Virus record (IMG/VR): IMGVR_UViG_3300035208_005974
Coordinates: 32,001 to 96,000 of that record
DNA from: a virus
Taxonomy: Duplodnaviria; Caudoviricetes
Strand: one strand, 5' to 3'
DNA length: 64,000 bases
The notes beneath the pieces were generated by a model. That model was given only the letters and a program-made list of their open reading frames with translations. It was not told the origin of the DNA and did no database searches. Below, piece after piece: positions 20,113 to 30,566 of the stretch. Each line of letters starts with the position of its first letter. The stretch's first letter is position 1. The position numbers and the translations under genes are program-made.

Positions 20113-20233
20113 CCGCACCCTCGGACTGAGGGGAAGAGCCTATCGAGAGATTGGATTAACCGACTCGATGAAGTAGGAAGCCCTGCCCCTTTAGGGGCAA
20201 GGGAGGAAGTCACATAAAAATAACTTGCCAAGA
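20113..20233 (+). ncRNA. Orphan IS605-type right end / TnpB omega-RNA scaffold without tnpB
   Basis: Stems CCCTC/GAGGG and ATCGAG/CTCGAT, then GAAG-CCCTGCCCCTTTAGGGGCAAGGG hairpin and terminal TCAC (20210-20213); same layout as 1500-1616. Confidence 0.8.
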
Positions 20234-20294
20234 AAACCCCACTATCGTATGCTCCAACCAAAAAACATATATACCAGCAAGTACATGTTATATA

Positions 20295-20915
20295 TTGGAG
20301 ATGACACATATGATAGTACTGACAAGAAACAATGAAAGCCGAAACTGGATAGCAACAAGTGAAAATCACGGCCACACAACCAAGGGTTCTACACCAGAAT
20401 CCGCCGTTCGAAGAATGCATATCGCTGATCCAACCACCAGCGATCACGAAATCAGATTTGTAATGAATGAAACAGCACGTACTCACATCAAAAGAAACTA
20501 TGATGTATGTGCGATCTGCCAGAAGCCGTTAACCTGGGTCAGAGCACGCGATGGAAACAGAGTTTTGATCCAAGCAATACATGAAGGCGATCCAATTCCC
20601 GATGATGCAGTATTTGGGACCTTCATTGCTAACAGTACCAAGAAGAGAGTACTCGGCAAGACGCCATGCACAACACCAACTACAACAACACCTCCAGTAA
20701 TTGACGTTATACCTACGTTGCCGATGGTTGACATAACTTGCCTTAAAAGAAATAGATTTGTGATCGTTGGCAAGATCATCGAAAAGATGGTAGAAAATGG
20801 TGCAACAAAAGAACAAACAGATGCGGCCAGAACCGACATGCTAACTGGTGGAATGAATTTCGAGCATTTCGTGAATGTAGCATCCAAGTATGCTGCACTT
20901 CATGACATGCATTAA
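20295..20915 (+). CDS. Hypothetical protein
   Basis: 206-aa ORF with a Thr/Pro linker. Confidence 0.6.
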   Translation: MEMTHMIVLTRNNESRNWIATSENHGHTTKGSTPESAVRRMHIADPTTSDHEIRFVMNETARTHIKRNYDVCAICQKPLTWVRARDGNRVLIQAIHEGDPIPDDAVFGTFIANSTKKRVLGKTPCTTPTTTTPPVIDVIPTLPMVDITCLKRNRFVIVGKIIEKMVENGATKEQTDAARTDMLTGGMNFEHFVNVASKYAALHDMH

Positions 20916-21116
20916 ACTTTTTTGAGGTATTAATATGTATATAATGACATTAGATTCTATATCAGAGAAATATGATGACTTGGATCAAGCCATGCATGAT
21001 TGTTTTAACATATTTCCAAACGCTAGTTTTTCAGAATGGCAGGAAACTGCGACAGAAACATGGATGGATATTATAAATAATGGCACTGTCGTTGGCAAGA
21101 TTTTTGAGGTACCCAC

Positions 21117-21635
21117 ATGATTTCTGTTAAATTTCCAACCATCGATGTAATGCTCGCCAATATGGACAAGGCACGATCACGCAAAATAGACAAAATCAAT
21201 CATCGTCATGAATCCAGAACGAAACGTTTTGATGTTGCTACGCGAACAATCGACTTCCAGAATGCAATCAATAAACTAAACCAAAAATACAACAAAGAAT
21301 TTTATATGGAACACACGGGTTTGTCATTTGTCATTCAGGGCCATCGCGAATATGGACACATGTCACGTCGAAATGGTATCCTTGGTCAAGATATTGATCT
21401 TACCCTCGGTCTGCATGAAATGGAAAAAGCGGGTATTCAAAATACTATCAAAATGGTCGTAGATAACAACAACAACTATATGATGGCATCATTGAGTAAA
21501 TTGCGTACCAACAATGAATTCAGAGATCGTATGTTAAAGGATAGATTTAATATGATGCATGACAACACAATACCATATTATTCTTGGACACTGGAAGAAT
21601 TGCGAGCAATTGATGCAATAATGTACTTTGGTTAA
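21117..21635 (+). CDS. Hypothetical protein
   Basis: ORF coupled to 20935-21120; GAGGT RBS. Confidence 0.6.
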   Translation: MISVKFPTIDVMLANMDKARSRKIDKINHRHESRTKRFDVATRTIDFQNAINKLNQKYNKEFYMEHTGLSFVIQGHREYGHMSRRNGILGQDIDLTLGLHEMEKAGIQNTIKMVVDNNNNYMMASLSKLRTNNEFRDRMLKDRFNMMHDNTIPYYSWTLEELRAIDAIMYFG

Positions 21636-21667
21636 TATAAATTTTATCATTGTTTTTGGTTATTATT

Positions 21668-22252
21668 ATGACTACTTTTAAGGAATTTAGTAATAGTTCA
21701 GAAGCATGGAATTATGCAATAAATCACATAAAACGTGCCGGAAATAATATAATCACCGAAGACCACAATATGACTCGCGAGGTTCAAAACCTTGTTGTAG
21801 AAATTAAAAATCCACTAGAAGGTTTTCCAATCAAAAATTCCGGTTGGAGTATAAGTGCCCTCAATACATATGCCGAACAATTATTGGATTTTTCCTATGA
21901 TTGTAAGGGCTTTGACTATACCTACAACGAACGCATGTCTCGTCAAATATACTACATCACAAAAATCCTGAAAAAACATCCGACCACCCGTCGAGCAACA
22001 GCCTACCTATGGCTACCAGAAAAGGACCTAGAAACCAATATGCACCACCCATGCCAGATTGTCGCAGACTACAAACTACGATTAGGTAAACTATATGTCA
22101 CCCATTTTTTCAGAAGTCACGACATATTACAAGCCTGGCCCACAAACGTATATGGTCTAGCTAAACTCCAGGAAAAAATAGCAAATGATCTTAATGTTTT
22201 GCCTGGTAGTTTAACGACGTTTTCTGCTAGTGCCCACATTTACATTGACTAA
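21668..22252 (+). CDS. thyA: Archaeal-type thymidylate synthase family protein
   Basis: FDYTYNER, TRRA, catalytic PC, FRSHD..AWPTN, SAHIY. Confidence 0.85.
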   Translation: MTTFKEFSNSSEAWNYAINHIKRAGNNIITEDHNMTREVQNLVVEIKNPLEGFPIKNSGWSISALNTYAEQLLDFSYDCKGFDYTYNERMSRQIYYITKILKKHPTTRRATAYLWLPEKDLETNMHHPCQIVADYKLRLGKLYVTHFFRSHDILQAWPTNVYGLAKLQEKIANDLNVLPGSLTTFSASAHIYID

Positions 22253-22289
22253 CCAAAACTATAAATACAAAAACACCTAACTACATAGT

Positions 22290-23008
22290 ATGGATATTCA
22301 AATACTTGGACCTGATTCCAGAGGTATGTGTTACTTCTATGTACCAGAATTACCGGATGTTTTGGTAATTGCAAATGATTGCACAAAAAGGGCACTAAAT
22401 GAAAAAGATGAACATTATCATGTAATTTTGTATTGTATTAGGCACAATGAAAATTACCGTGTGCCAAAATACTTCCGAACAACAGAAATTAGATTTCTAA
22501 ATGGAGACATACCTCCGAACTGGGGATGGGTAGGCAGAGGAAATTACCGTGAAGACCTTCGCATTATGCAACCACGCGGTTACAACTGCTGGTACAAAAA
22601 TGGACCATTATCTGACATCCCTAAAAACCTATCCATATTAATGGAAATATACGAAAAGAACACAACGTCTAATAGCAAATGAAATACAATAAGACGGATA
22701 TTCCAATGATAAACTTCGATAACTGGCCAATCATTTACCAAGTAAACTACCCTAAATTTCTAGCCACCTATATAATGCCACCAATAGCCATCTACATGAA
22801 GTACATTAAAACAATCCGTCGTTATGGCAAAGTCCATATGAACATAATAGATTTTGACACAAACCAAATTTCCGAGTACTTCGATTTTATAAAAACACCA
22901 AATAACATAAAGGTAGTAACTAGTAATAATATCGTTCTAGAATTCCCCAATATTTATGTGGCCTGGGACTTCTATCAAAACCTTCTAGAAACCCAACTTC
23001 AACAATAG
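22290..23008 (+). CDS. Two hypothetical proteins (22290-22682, 22679-23008)
   Basis: Coupled ORFs behind a BRE-TATA at about 22251. Confidence 0.55.
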
Positions 23009-23089
23009 TTTCAATAGTTTTCAACCAAAAGCTTTATATACTAGAAAAGTATTAAATATATTTTAATAATATTGTTTTGGTGACTCTTT

Positions 23090-23677
23090 TTGAAATCCGA
23101 TCGTAATCATTGTTATATATGTGGTATAGAATTATCTGAGGATAATGCATATGGCCGTAAGGATACAGCGAACAAGTTACACTCCTTATGCAAGTATCAC
23201 TATATAGAGCAACAGAAAATACGCAACCGCCAATGCGTAAAACCCAAAAAACCCATCTTTTTAGTGATAAGTATTTGCGGCAAAAAAACCAAAATATTTT
23301 TTAAAACAAAAGAAGACAAAGAAACATACCTTCGCGAACGGAAAACCATACAAAAGTTCGGAATTCATCCGATAACAACAAGTTCTTGCGTGGGATGTAC
23401 AGAAGATTTCGGAACCGGAGTAGACCTATGTTGCGATGAATGTAGTAGTTTGCTCCGGTACAATGTTCGCGGCGAATTACAATGCGAAAATTGTGACCTT
23501 GTTTCCACCGAAATTTTATTACCCGAAATAACCGATCGCGAATTCTATTACGACAAAAAAATGCTATACGACAAAAGAACCGTTTCACAACAAGACTGGT
23601 TCTGGCTAGACCAAATATCCGGATCATCATTTGACGTATTTTATCAGAAAGCATATTCAAAAAAACTAAAACAATAA
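23090..23677 (+). CDS. Multi zinc-finger protein with a TFIIB-like ribbon
   Basis: CYICG..CKYH; CDEC..GELQCENCDLV. Confidence 0.55.
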   Translation: MKSDRNHCYICGIELSEDNAYGRKDTANKLHSLCKYHYIEQQKIRNRQCVKPKKPIFLVISICGKKTKIFFKTKEDKETYLRERKTIQKFGIHPITTSSCVGCTEDFGTGVDLCCDECSSLLRYNVRGELQCENCDLVSTEILLPEITDREFYYDKKMLYDKRTVSQQDWFWLDQISGSSFDVFYQKAYSKKLKQ

Positions 23678-23698
23678 AATAGTTTCGAGGACAAGAAA

Positions 23699-24807
23699 AT
23701 GACTGAAGTTACACAAGAAGATTTGGAAACCCTGAAATCCGAACTAAATGAAATAATTGAAACTCGTCTTGATTCCTTCATCGATGAATTTGTAGCTACC
23801 TGGAACGAACTAGAAAATAAAGAAAGCGAAGGCGAAAATTGTTGTTCCTGTGAAAGCGAAAATGCCGATACCGAAAATCCTGCTAGATATTTAATTTTTG
23901 CAGGCGGTAACAAGTTTTTCGCAACCGACATAAAACCTAATGCTATGGTCGGTATTGATTTTTATCTCCACGAAGTTGACCCCACTACCGGAAAAGAATA
24001 TAATTCCCAGGGAACCATTACAAACGCAGACGTCGTTGTACTAGACCTGCAACCCGAAATGGACCTAGAAACGTTTTCATCGATCAAACGCAATACCCTA
24101 GATTACGTTATTAAGCAAGCTCAGGAAGCACAGGCGAAAGAAAAAGCCATGAAAGCAGAGAATTCTAAAATACATCCTGACGTTAGTCATATCTCGTATG
24201 GCTAATCAATCCCATTGGTGATATTATTAAATGACTAATAATTTTTTTAGTCGATCCCAGTTAGACAGATATGCCTTGGACGACGATACACGATTTTGGG
24301 TAGAACTATATGAAACAATAGAACTTAATCCAATTAGAGAATTCAAAAACGTAATAATCGAAATCCCATATGAAAACAAAGTTTCACTAGACCTTGATAC
24401 CCGAATAAGCGCAATCATTGAATTACTGGGTTCGAAAAAGTCCAACATCTTTTATGTAATGGGAATGGCAGCAAAACTCCGAGATAAATGTATTAAGGAA
24501 AACCGACATGACTTAATAGAAACGTTAGACAACGAAATTATACGAAGGCGAAAAGAATATGAGAATTGTCACCCTGGAACTTTATTTGTGTGGTGAATGT
24601 GTGAAAGAAAAAAAGCTAACGGACTTAGAAAGTTCCGTTGCTTTTTTAAATCGCGCAATTCCAGAAAAGTGTTTTTTTGATTTATATGTAGACGTCAATG
24701 ATGAAAATGTACCTTGCTGGCAAGAATCTTTTGTACTCCAAGGCTGCCAAAACAAACAAGAAGCACTACAACTAGTAACACAATTATATGAAAACAAATT
24801 TTTATGA
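23699..24807 (+). CDS. Three hypothetical proteins (23699-24205, 24231-24596, 24559-24807)
   Basis: Co-directional ORFs with RBS-like motifs. Confidence 0.55.
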
Positions 24808-24883
24808 TGATAAACATTAAAATAATTAATAAAATATTACTATTTTTATAATTATACACACTTTAAAGGAGATTAAATTGATT

Positions 24884-26014
24884 ATGGCCAAAACGACTCC
24901 AAACATAATACCAACAAACGTTCGTCAATATATCATTGATAATTGTTCACTTACACTCATTGAAATAAAAACTGTTTTATCGAAAAAGTTTGGCGTTGAC
25001 GTAAGTGAACAAGATATAGATAAATTTATAAAACGTTCTATTGCTGCACGAAAACGGTGGGAAAATATTGAATACCGAAATAAACAAATAACAAAACATC
25101 GAGAATGGCTTGATAAAAACCCTGGTTATATAAGTGGTCCTAATAATCCAAATTATGGTAAACCTAGATCTGACGAAACAAAGCGAAAAATATCAGAAAC
25201 TTTGCTAGAAAAAAATATCCAAGTTAGCGAAGAAACGCGTACAAAAATATCGATTGCAAATAAAGGAAAGCAACCGTTTTTGGGTCATCATCATACAGAA
25301 GAAACTAAACAACGTATGTCAAAAACAAAAAAAGAATTTTGGACAGAAGAACATAAACAAGAACATTCTAAAAAAGTAAAAACGTACTGGATAGAAAATA
25401 GAGAAATTATAATGGAAAAACGAAGTACTCCTGAATACAAAGAAAAACAATCAAAATGCCATTTAGGACACAAACGTAGTAAAGAATCGTGTGCTAAACA
25501 ATCACTTGCAACAAAAGGAAAACCGGGACATCCAAACTCAGAAACAACTAAACAAAAAATATCAACTAGTGTAAAACTAAAATGGGAAACAGACGAAGAT
25601 TATGCTAAACGTGTTTCTGAATCAGTACGCAAACTTTGGTCAGATAGTGAATATCGTAAATTGCATACAGGGGAAAATAGCCCTCTCTGGCGTGGAGGAA
25701 TGCATAAATACTGTTCAAAATTCAATGAACCTTTACGAGAATCAATACGAAATGCATTTGATAGAGTTTGCTTTTTGTGTGGTAAACCAGAATATGAAAA
25801 TTGTGTACGAGAAGACGGTCGATATTTTAGGTTATCAGTACATCACACAGATTTTGATAAAATGCAAGGATGCGGAGGCAAAAAATGGAGATTACTTCCA
25901 TTATGCAGCGCATGTAACACCAAAGTAAATTTTAATCGTTGGTATTGGTTTTTATTATTATATAATTATTGGGCAATGAACCCAGAAATAATTTTATATG
26001 ATACATTGTTTTAA
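24884..26014 (+). CDS. NUMOD3-repeat HNH homing endonuclease
   Basis: YGKPRSDETKRKIS and GHHHTEETKQRMS repeats; CFLCG..LSVHH..LCSACN. Confidence 0.85.
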   Translation: MAKTTPNIIPTNVRQYIIDNCSLTLIEIKTVLSKKFGVDVSEQDIDKFIKRSIAARKRWENIEYRNKQITKHREWLDKNPGYISGPNNPNYGKPRSDETKRKISETLLEKNIQVSEETRTKISIANKGKQPFLGHHHTEETKQRMSKTKKEFWTEEHKQEHSKKVKTYWIENREIIMEKRSTPEYKEKQSKCHLGHKRSKESCAKQSLATKGKPGHPNSETTKQKISTSVKLKWETDEDYAKRVSESVRKLWSDSEYRKLHTGENSPLWRGGMHKYCSKFNEPLRESIRNAFDRVCFLCGKPEYENCVREDGRYFRLSVHHTDFDKMQGCGGKKWRLLPLCSACNTKVNFNRWYWFLLLYNYWAMNPEIILYDTLF

Positions 26015-26026
26015 GGACGTTTTAAT

Positions 26027-26575
26027 ATGGCACAAGCAAATATAATTACGAAGGAAGCAAGACAATTCATTATTGATAATTGCTCTATGACTGGTGAAAA
26101 ATTAAAACAACTAATCAAAGAAAAATATGACGTAGATGTTAGTGTTCAGGGTGTATTAGAACACGTTAAAGTGGCACGCAAAAATGCAGAAGAAGTCACG
26201 CAATGTGCTGATGCTCACATCGCAAAAACAATTTCTGAGCGCATAGAAAAGTTCTTGCCTAATATAATTAATTTTTACGAACAAGATTTATTGCGATTGC
26301 AAAAAATCATCAATGGCGAAGATCCGTTGTTTGACATGATAGATTACAAAGATGAATCAAAGACACATTTTGACAAATATTGGCAAGAAAAATATAGAAA
26401 ACTTTTCTGCGAAGAAGCCGAAGCATATTTACGAATGAGGCCCCCCATCCAAACGATTCGGATAGAAAGTGCAATTGACCCCGATGTAGCTGCAATAGAA
26501 TCATGGACAGACGAACAAATAGAAGCATTTGAAGAATTCAAGAAAACTCTTAAAAACAATTCGGAGTCTTTATGA
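26027..26575 (+). CDS. Putative terminase small subunit
   Basis: N-terminal HTH-like region, helical middle, C-terminal WTDEQIE; size and position upstream of terL. Confidence 0.4.
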   Translation: MAQANIITKEARQFIIDNCSMTGEKLKQLIKEKYDVDVSVQGVLEHVKVARKNAEEVTQCADAHIAKTISERIEKFLPNIINFYEQDLLRLQKIINGEDPLFDMIDYKDESKTHFDKYWQEKYRKLFCEEAEAYLRMRPPIQTIRIESAIDPDVAAIESWTDEQIEAFEEFKKTLKNNSESL

Positions 26576-27930
26576 AAAAATTAATACTATCCACAATTAT
26601 TTTACTAATGCTAACTACACTAACTGTCTTTAGCATGAACGACGACCTTCTGAACATGTATGAACCTTCCACAAACGAAAATATTGAACCCGATGAAAAT
26701 GTACCATTAGGTAGTGTACTTATTCGTAATTCAAGTCCGACTTACGACATTATAGCATTATCCAATTACGACGTATTCATCTATACTGAAGACGATTTCA
26801 TTATCGCAAAAACGTCTAGCCGACAATTAAGCAAGGTTTCTGTTGGTTCCGATGCTGTTGACCTATTCAAAAAAGCCATTGATGCGGTACCAGATGGCGG
26901 CAGCCTGCATATTGGTGAAGGCCATTACCTTGTATCAGCTCCTTACTCATTTGCACTCAACCCGGACGGCTCCAACATATTCTATTCTGCTATCCAGGTA
27001 CTCGACAAAGACATGTACATTACCGGGGATGGGATGGGCAAGACCATCATCCAGCTGCTTCCCGGCCAACGCAGCCCTTCGCGGCACGTTGCCATGATGC
27101 TCATCAGGGGCACCATGAGCTATGATCCGGGGTACGAGAGTTTCACCATCCAGCACCTCACCCTGGACGGCAATCGAGCCGCCCAGATAGACGGCCAGCC
27201 CCACGACGGTGAAGGCCTGATCCTGGTGGGGTCCGAGCGGAAGAACGGCCTATACTACCAGCTCAACCTGAAGAACTCTTGGGGATCCGGCCTTTACCTG
27301 GGGAACAACGGAGCCGGAGATAGCGGCACCAACGAGATAGTCTCCGTTGTGGTAGCCCATAACTGTGGTGCTGAAGGCATCATACTCGATACCTGCCACA
27401 ACAGCACGGTGATGGATTGCGCGGCCTGGCAGTGCAGGGAGGGCTTTGTTCTCTATGGGAACGACGACTGGCAGACAAGAAGCCCCGATAACGTTAGCAT
27501 CGATTTCTGTTCCACCGACAGCCAGGTGACCGTTTGGCAGGTCAACGACTTCACCATAAGCGATCTAAATATGGATTGTAGCCAGACCACGGGATCTTAC
27601 GGCCTGATGATCCGGGATGGAACTGGCACTGTGAAATATTCCTTCTTGACGAACGCCCAGACCAGGGAGGACTCGACTGGCGGGGCAACGCACATCATCG
27701 AGGGCTCAAAAGTCGTATTCGAAGACTGCACACTGGAAGGCTATTTTGGTATCCATGCAATAGGCCGGTCCTATGTAGAAGTCAAGAACTGTAAGTCGGT
27801 TACCACTGGTGGCTGTTATGTTACAGTGGATCCATTCAATCCAGTATCAAGCACGATAAAAGTATCCAATAGCGAGTGTTCCGGAAAAAAGTCAGATATT
27901 CAAGCAGAATCGAATCTAATTGAAATTTGA
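26572..27930 (+). CDS. Secreted right-handed beta-helix (pectate lyase-like) protein
   Basis: Signal peptide MKKLILSTIILLML; KAIDAVPDGGSLHIGEGHY, ITGDGMGKTII, LTLDGN. Confidence 0.8.
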   Translation: MKKLILSTIILLMLTTLTVFSMNDDLLNMYEPSTNENIEPDENVPLGSVLIRNSSPTYDIIALSNYDVFIYTEDDFIIAKTSSRQLSKVSVGSDAVDLFKKAIDAVPDGGSLHIGEGHYLVSAPYSFALNPDGSNIFYSAIQVLDKDMYITGDGMGKTIIQLLPGQRSPSRHVAMMLIRGTMSYDPGYESFTIQHLTLDGNRAAQIDGQPHDGEGLILVGSERKNGLYYQLNLKNSWGSGLYLGNNGAGDSGTNEIVSVVVAHNCGAEGIILDTCHNSTVMDCAAWQCREGFVLYGNDDWQTRSPDNVSIDFCSTDSQVTVWQVNDFTISDLNMDCSQTTGSYGLMIRDGTGTVKYSFLTNAQTREDSTGGATHIIEGSKVVFEDCTLEGYFGIHAIGRSYVEVKNCKSVTTGGCYVTVDPFNPVSSTIKVSNSECSGKKSDIQAESNLIEI

Positions 27931-28057
27931 TCCATATATTTTTTAATACATTGTTGGGAGGTGACAATTTTGTGGTCCCATAATGGACCTTACTCCGATT
28001 GCATTGAAAATGCTTTCGAATGGAGGAAACAACAATGAGTACCCTAAATGGATTTAG

Positions 28058-29393
28058 GACGAAATCAGGGCTAATCCCCGCTTTTTCAAAGGCAGGATAC
28101 AGCCCGTGCCTACCAAAAGGTATATTAACTAATGGTGACTATAGATGACTAAACATCGGTCTGGGATCACATACCGTTGGTTTAACCCATAAATGTTCAT
28201 CGATACAAGATGGAAATGATCACTCATCTTAAGATATATTCAAGATAATGGAGTAAGCCAATGAGAGTGTTTCGATATAGACTCAAGCCAACAAAAGCTC
28301 AGGTAACCAAGCTGAATGAGCAGCTAGAGCTTTGCCGATGGGTCTATAACGAGACTCTTGCCCTGCGAAAGAACTCCTTTGAACAAGAAGGCAAATCAAT
28401 AAGCTACTTCGCATCTAAGAAGATGCTGCCTATATGGAAAGAGTTCAAACCAGAGCTAAAATCGGTCCATTCACAGGTATTGCAGGATGTAGTTCTCAGG
28501 GTCAATCTTGCATTCAGTGCTTTCTTCCGAAGAGTTCAATCCGGTGAAGAAAAAGTTGGTTATCCTCGCTTCAAGGGGAAGAACAGATATGACAGCCTCA
28601 GTTACCCTCAAAGCGGTTTTTCCATAGACGGTGATAAACTCTGGTTATCTAAGATAGGTGATATCAAATTCAAGTTGCATCGACCTATCGAGGGTGATGT
28701 TAAGAGACTAACTATCCGAAGATCTTCAACTAAGAAATGGTATGTGTCATTCCTAATTGAAGATGCACCAAATCACATTCTTGGACCCTCGGATGAAATA
28801 GTAGGCGTAGATATGGGGATCAAGAACTTCGCTGTACTTTCCAACGGTGAGTTCATCGAGAATCCTAGATTCCTTCTAGCTGATGAAGAACAGCTTAAGA
28901 AGGCTCAAAGCAAACGTGATAAGCTGCCTAAAGGATCACCTCGAAGAAGGAAGGCAAGCAAAGCGGTAAGTCATCTATACGAGAGAGTAACCAATCGAAG
29001 AGAGGATTTTGCCCAACAACTAAGTAGGCAGTGGATCAACAAATACGGAATAATTGTATTTGAAGATCTTAATATAACTAAGATGGTTCATAATCACAAC
29101 CTAGCGAAGAGTATCTTGGATGCAAGTTGGAATAAACTGGTGCAATATACTTCATACAAAGCGGAAGACGCTGGTAGAAAAGTAGTGCTAGTTAATCCTG
29201 CTTATACATCTCAAATGTGCTCAAGCTGTGGTCAAATAGTCAAAAAGGACCTGTCTATCAGAGTACACGATTGTCCTTATTGTGGATTATCGATAGACAG
29301 AGACCTTAATGCATCTCTGAACATTGCGAGACTGGGGCTACAGTCTGTGGCGAAAGCCTAGATGCCCGCCAATTTATTGGTGGGAGTGGTCAC
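28058..29393 (+). mobile_element. Non-autonomous IS1341-like (tnpB-only) element inserted after TTAG
   Basis: Left-end hairpin at about 28077-28096 preceded by AATC; right end GATG-hairpin-GTGGTCAC; removal restores an ORF; decayed tnpA-like 5' remnant near 28145. Confidence 0.88.
28261..29361 (+). CDS. tnpB: TnpB nuclease, catalytic triad intact
   Basis: GVDMGI, VFEDL, DRDLNAS, CSSCG..CPYCG. Confidence 0.95.
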   Translation: MRVFRYRLKPTKAQVTKLNEQLELCRWVYNETLALRKNSFEQEGKSISYFASKKMLPIWKEFKPELKSVHSQVLQDVVLRVNLAFSAFFRRVQSGEEKVGYPRFKGKNRYDSLSYPQSGFSIDGDKLWLSKIGDIKFKLHRPIEGDVKRLTIRRSSTKKWYVSFLIEDAPNHILGPSDEIVGVDMGIKNFAVLSNGEFIENPRFLLADEEQLKKAQSKRDKLPKGSPRRRKASKAVSHLYERVTNRREDFAQQLSRQWINKYGIIVFEDLNITKMVHNHNLAKSILDASWNKLVQYTSYKAEDAGRKVVLVNPAYTSQMCSSCGQIVKKDLSIRVHDCPYCGLSIDRDLNASLNIARLGLQSVAKA

Positions 29394-30018
29394 TGTGAGT
29401 GTCCCTGAGGCACAAGAAGAAACGTCAGATGGCTATGTAATCCTGAAACATGACCAACATTTCAGAATACGACTACATAACAGCCATAAAGACAATGGTA
29501 TCGGAAAAGCCGCAGATTGTGAAATATACCTGCAAGGAAAATACATTGGAACTTACAGGATATCGTTTGGTCAAACAATTTTACTCGAACACCCAATAAA
29601 TGACTTCGGAAAATTTACCGCATATCGCAACGGAACTCCTGAAGCCAACCAAGCCGAAATTGATTCCAACGATCCTGATAATGGCCTAATAAAAGTTGTC
29701 TGGAAACCTGGAACCAAGAAATGTCATTATGAAGTAATTGATCCTTATATAGGCACGGGTAATCACTATCCAAGAACATGTATAGGTTCGACTTCGTGTT
29801 GTGTAAAATCGCACGCCACAAGATCTTGTAATGATTTAACAGGCGGCGGTATCGGACTATCTGACCACAGTAACCAGAAATTTACTGAAACAGAACCCCT
29901 TGACTACTGTGAATGCGATACAACAATATACTTAAGGATAGCATTCAGAAAACCATCTTGTGAACCACGACCAATAAAAACTGTATATAAGACAAGTGTT
30001 CCAAGGCCACTTAAATAA
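29362..30018 (+). CDS. Hypothetical protein whose original 5' end (ATG 28035) was cut off by the IS
   Basis: Joining 28035-28057 to 29394 gives MSTLNGFSVSVPEAQEE...; GGAGG RBS at 28022. Confidence 0.8.
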   Translation: MPANLLVGVVTVSVPEAQEETSDGYVILKHDQHFRIRLHNSHKDNGIGKAADCEIYLQGKYIGTYRISFGQTILLEHPINDFGKFTAYRNGTPEANQAEIDSNDPDNGLIKVVWKPGTKKCHYEVIDPYIGTGNHYPRTCIGSTSCCVKSHATRSCNDLTGGGIGLSDHSNQKFTETEPLDYCECDTTIYLRIAFRKPSCEPRPIKTVYKTSVPRPLK

Positions 30019-30088
30019 AAACAAACTTCAAATACTTTATTTTTTTACAACCAAAAACTATAAATACAAACAGCAATAATACTTCGTT

Positions 30089-30445
30089 ATGCAAGAAATT
30101 AGTGTTTCTTCTGAGAAGGACATCATACGGGCATTCAATGCAATAAATCCACGAGACATTATTATGGTGGAAATAGACGCGAATAACGAATGTCACTGGC
30201 TAGGTATGGTAATAAAATACGGTGATAATTTTGTGCTATCAGAAACTAGTGTATCGGTTCATAACCAACATTTGTGTTACGACACTAAAATCAATGTCAC
30301 AATCGCCGATCTTTTATATTACATAAACAAAAGCAATTGCAATGATTATAGCAATAGGCAATGTAAATTCTATTTATTAAAAAATCTACTAGAACTCCGA
30401 GATTTCTTAGTGGAAAAAACTAACGGCATAACGTTTAAAGCGTAA
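30089..30445 (+). CDS. Hypothetical protein, possibly a distant member of the 33-41 kb paralogue family
   Basis: IIMVEI..WLGMV..FYLLKNLLEL pattern. Confidence 0.55.
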   Translation: MQEISVSSEKDIIRAFNAINPRDIIMVEIDANNECHWLGMVIKYGDNFVLSETSVSVHNQHLCYDTKINVTIADLLYYINKSNCNDYSNRQCKFYLLKNLLELRDFLVEKTNGITFKA

Positions 30446-30481
30446 AGTTTATATACTAGAAAGTCTATAGTATGATATTGC

Positions 30482-30566
30482 AAAGTAAGGATACAACAAA
30501 CCAAACTCAGAACTTGTATGGGTTTAAGCAAATACCTCCTCATTTGACTTAAGGTATCCTTATTTT
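30482..30566 (+). ncRNA. Putative three-way-junction sRNA with an ACCUCCUC loop
   Basis: TATA at 30448-30455; 13-bp closing stem and two internal hairpins; G-U pairs form only on the + strand. Confidence 0.45.
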
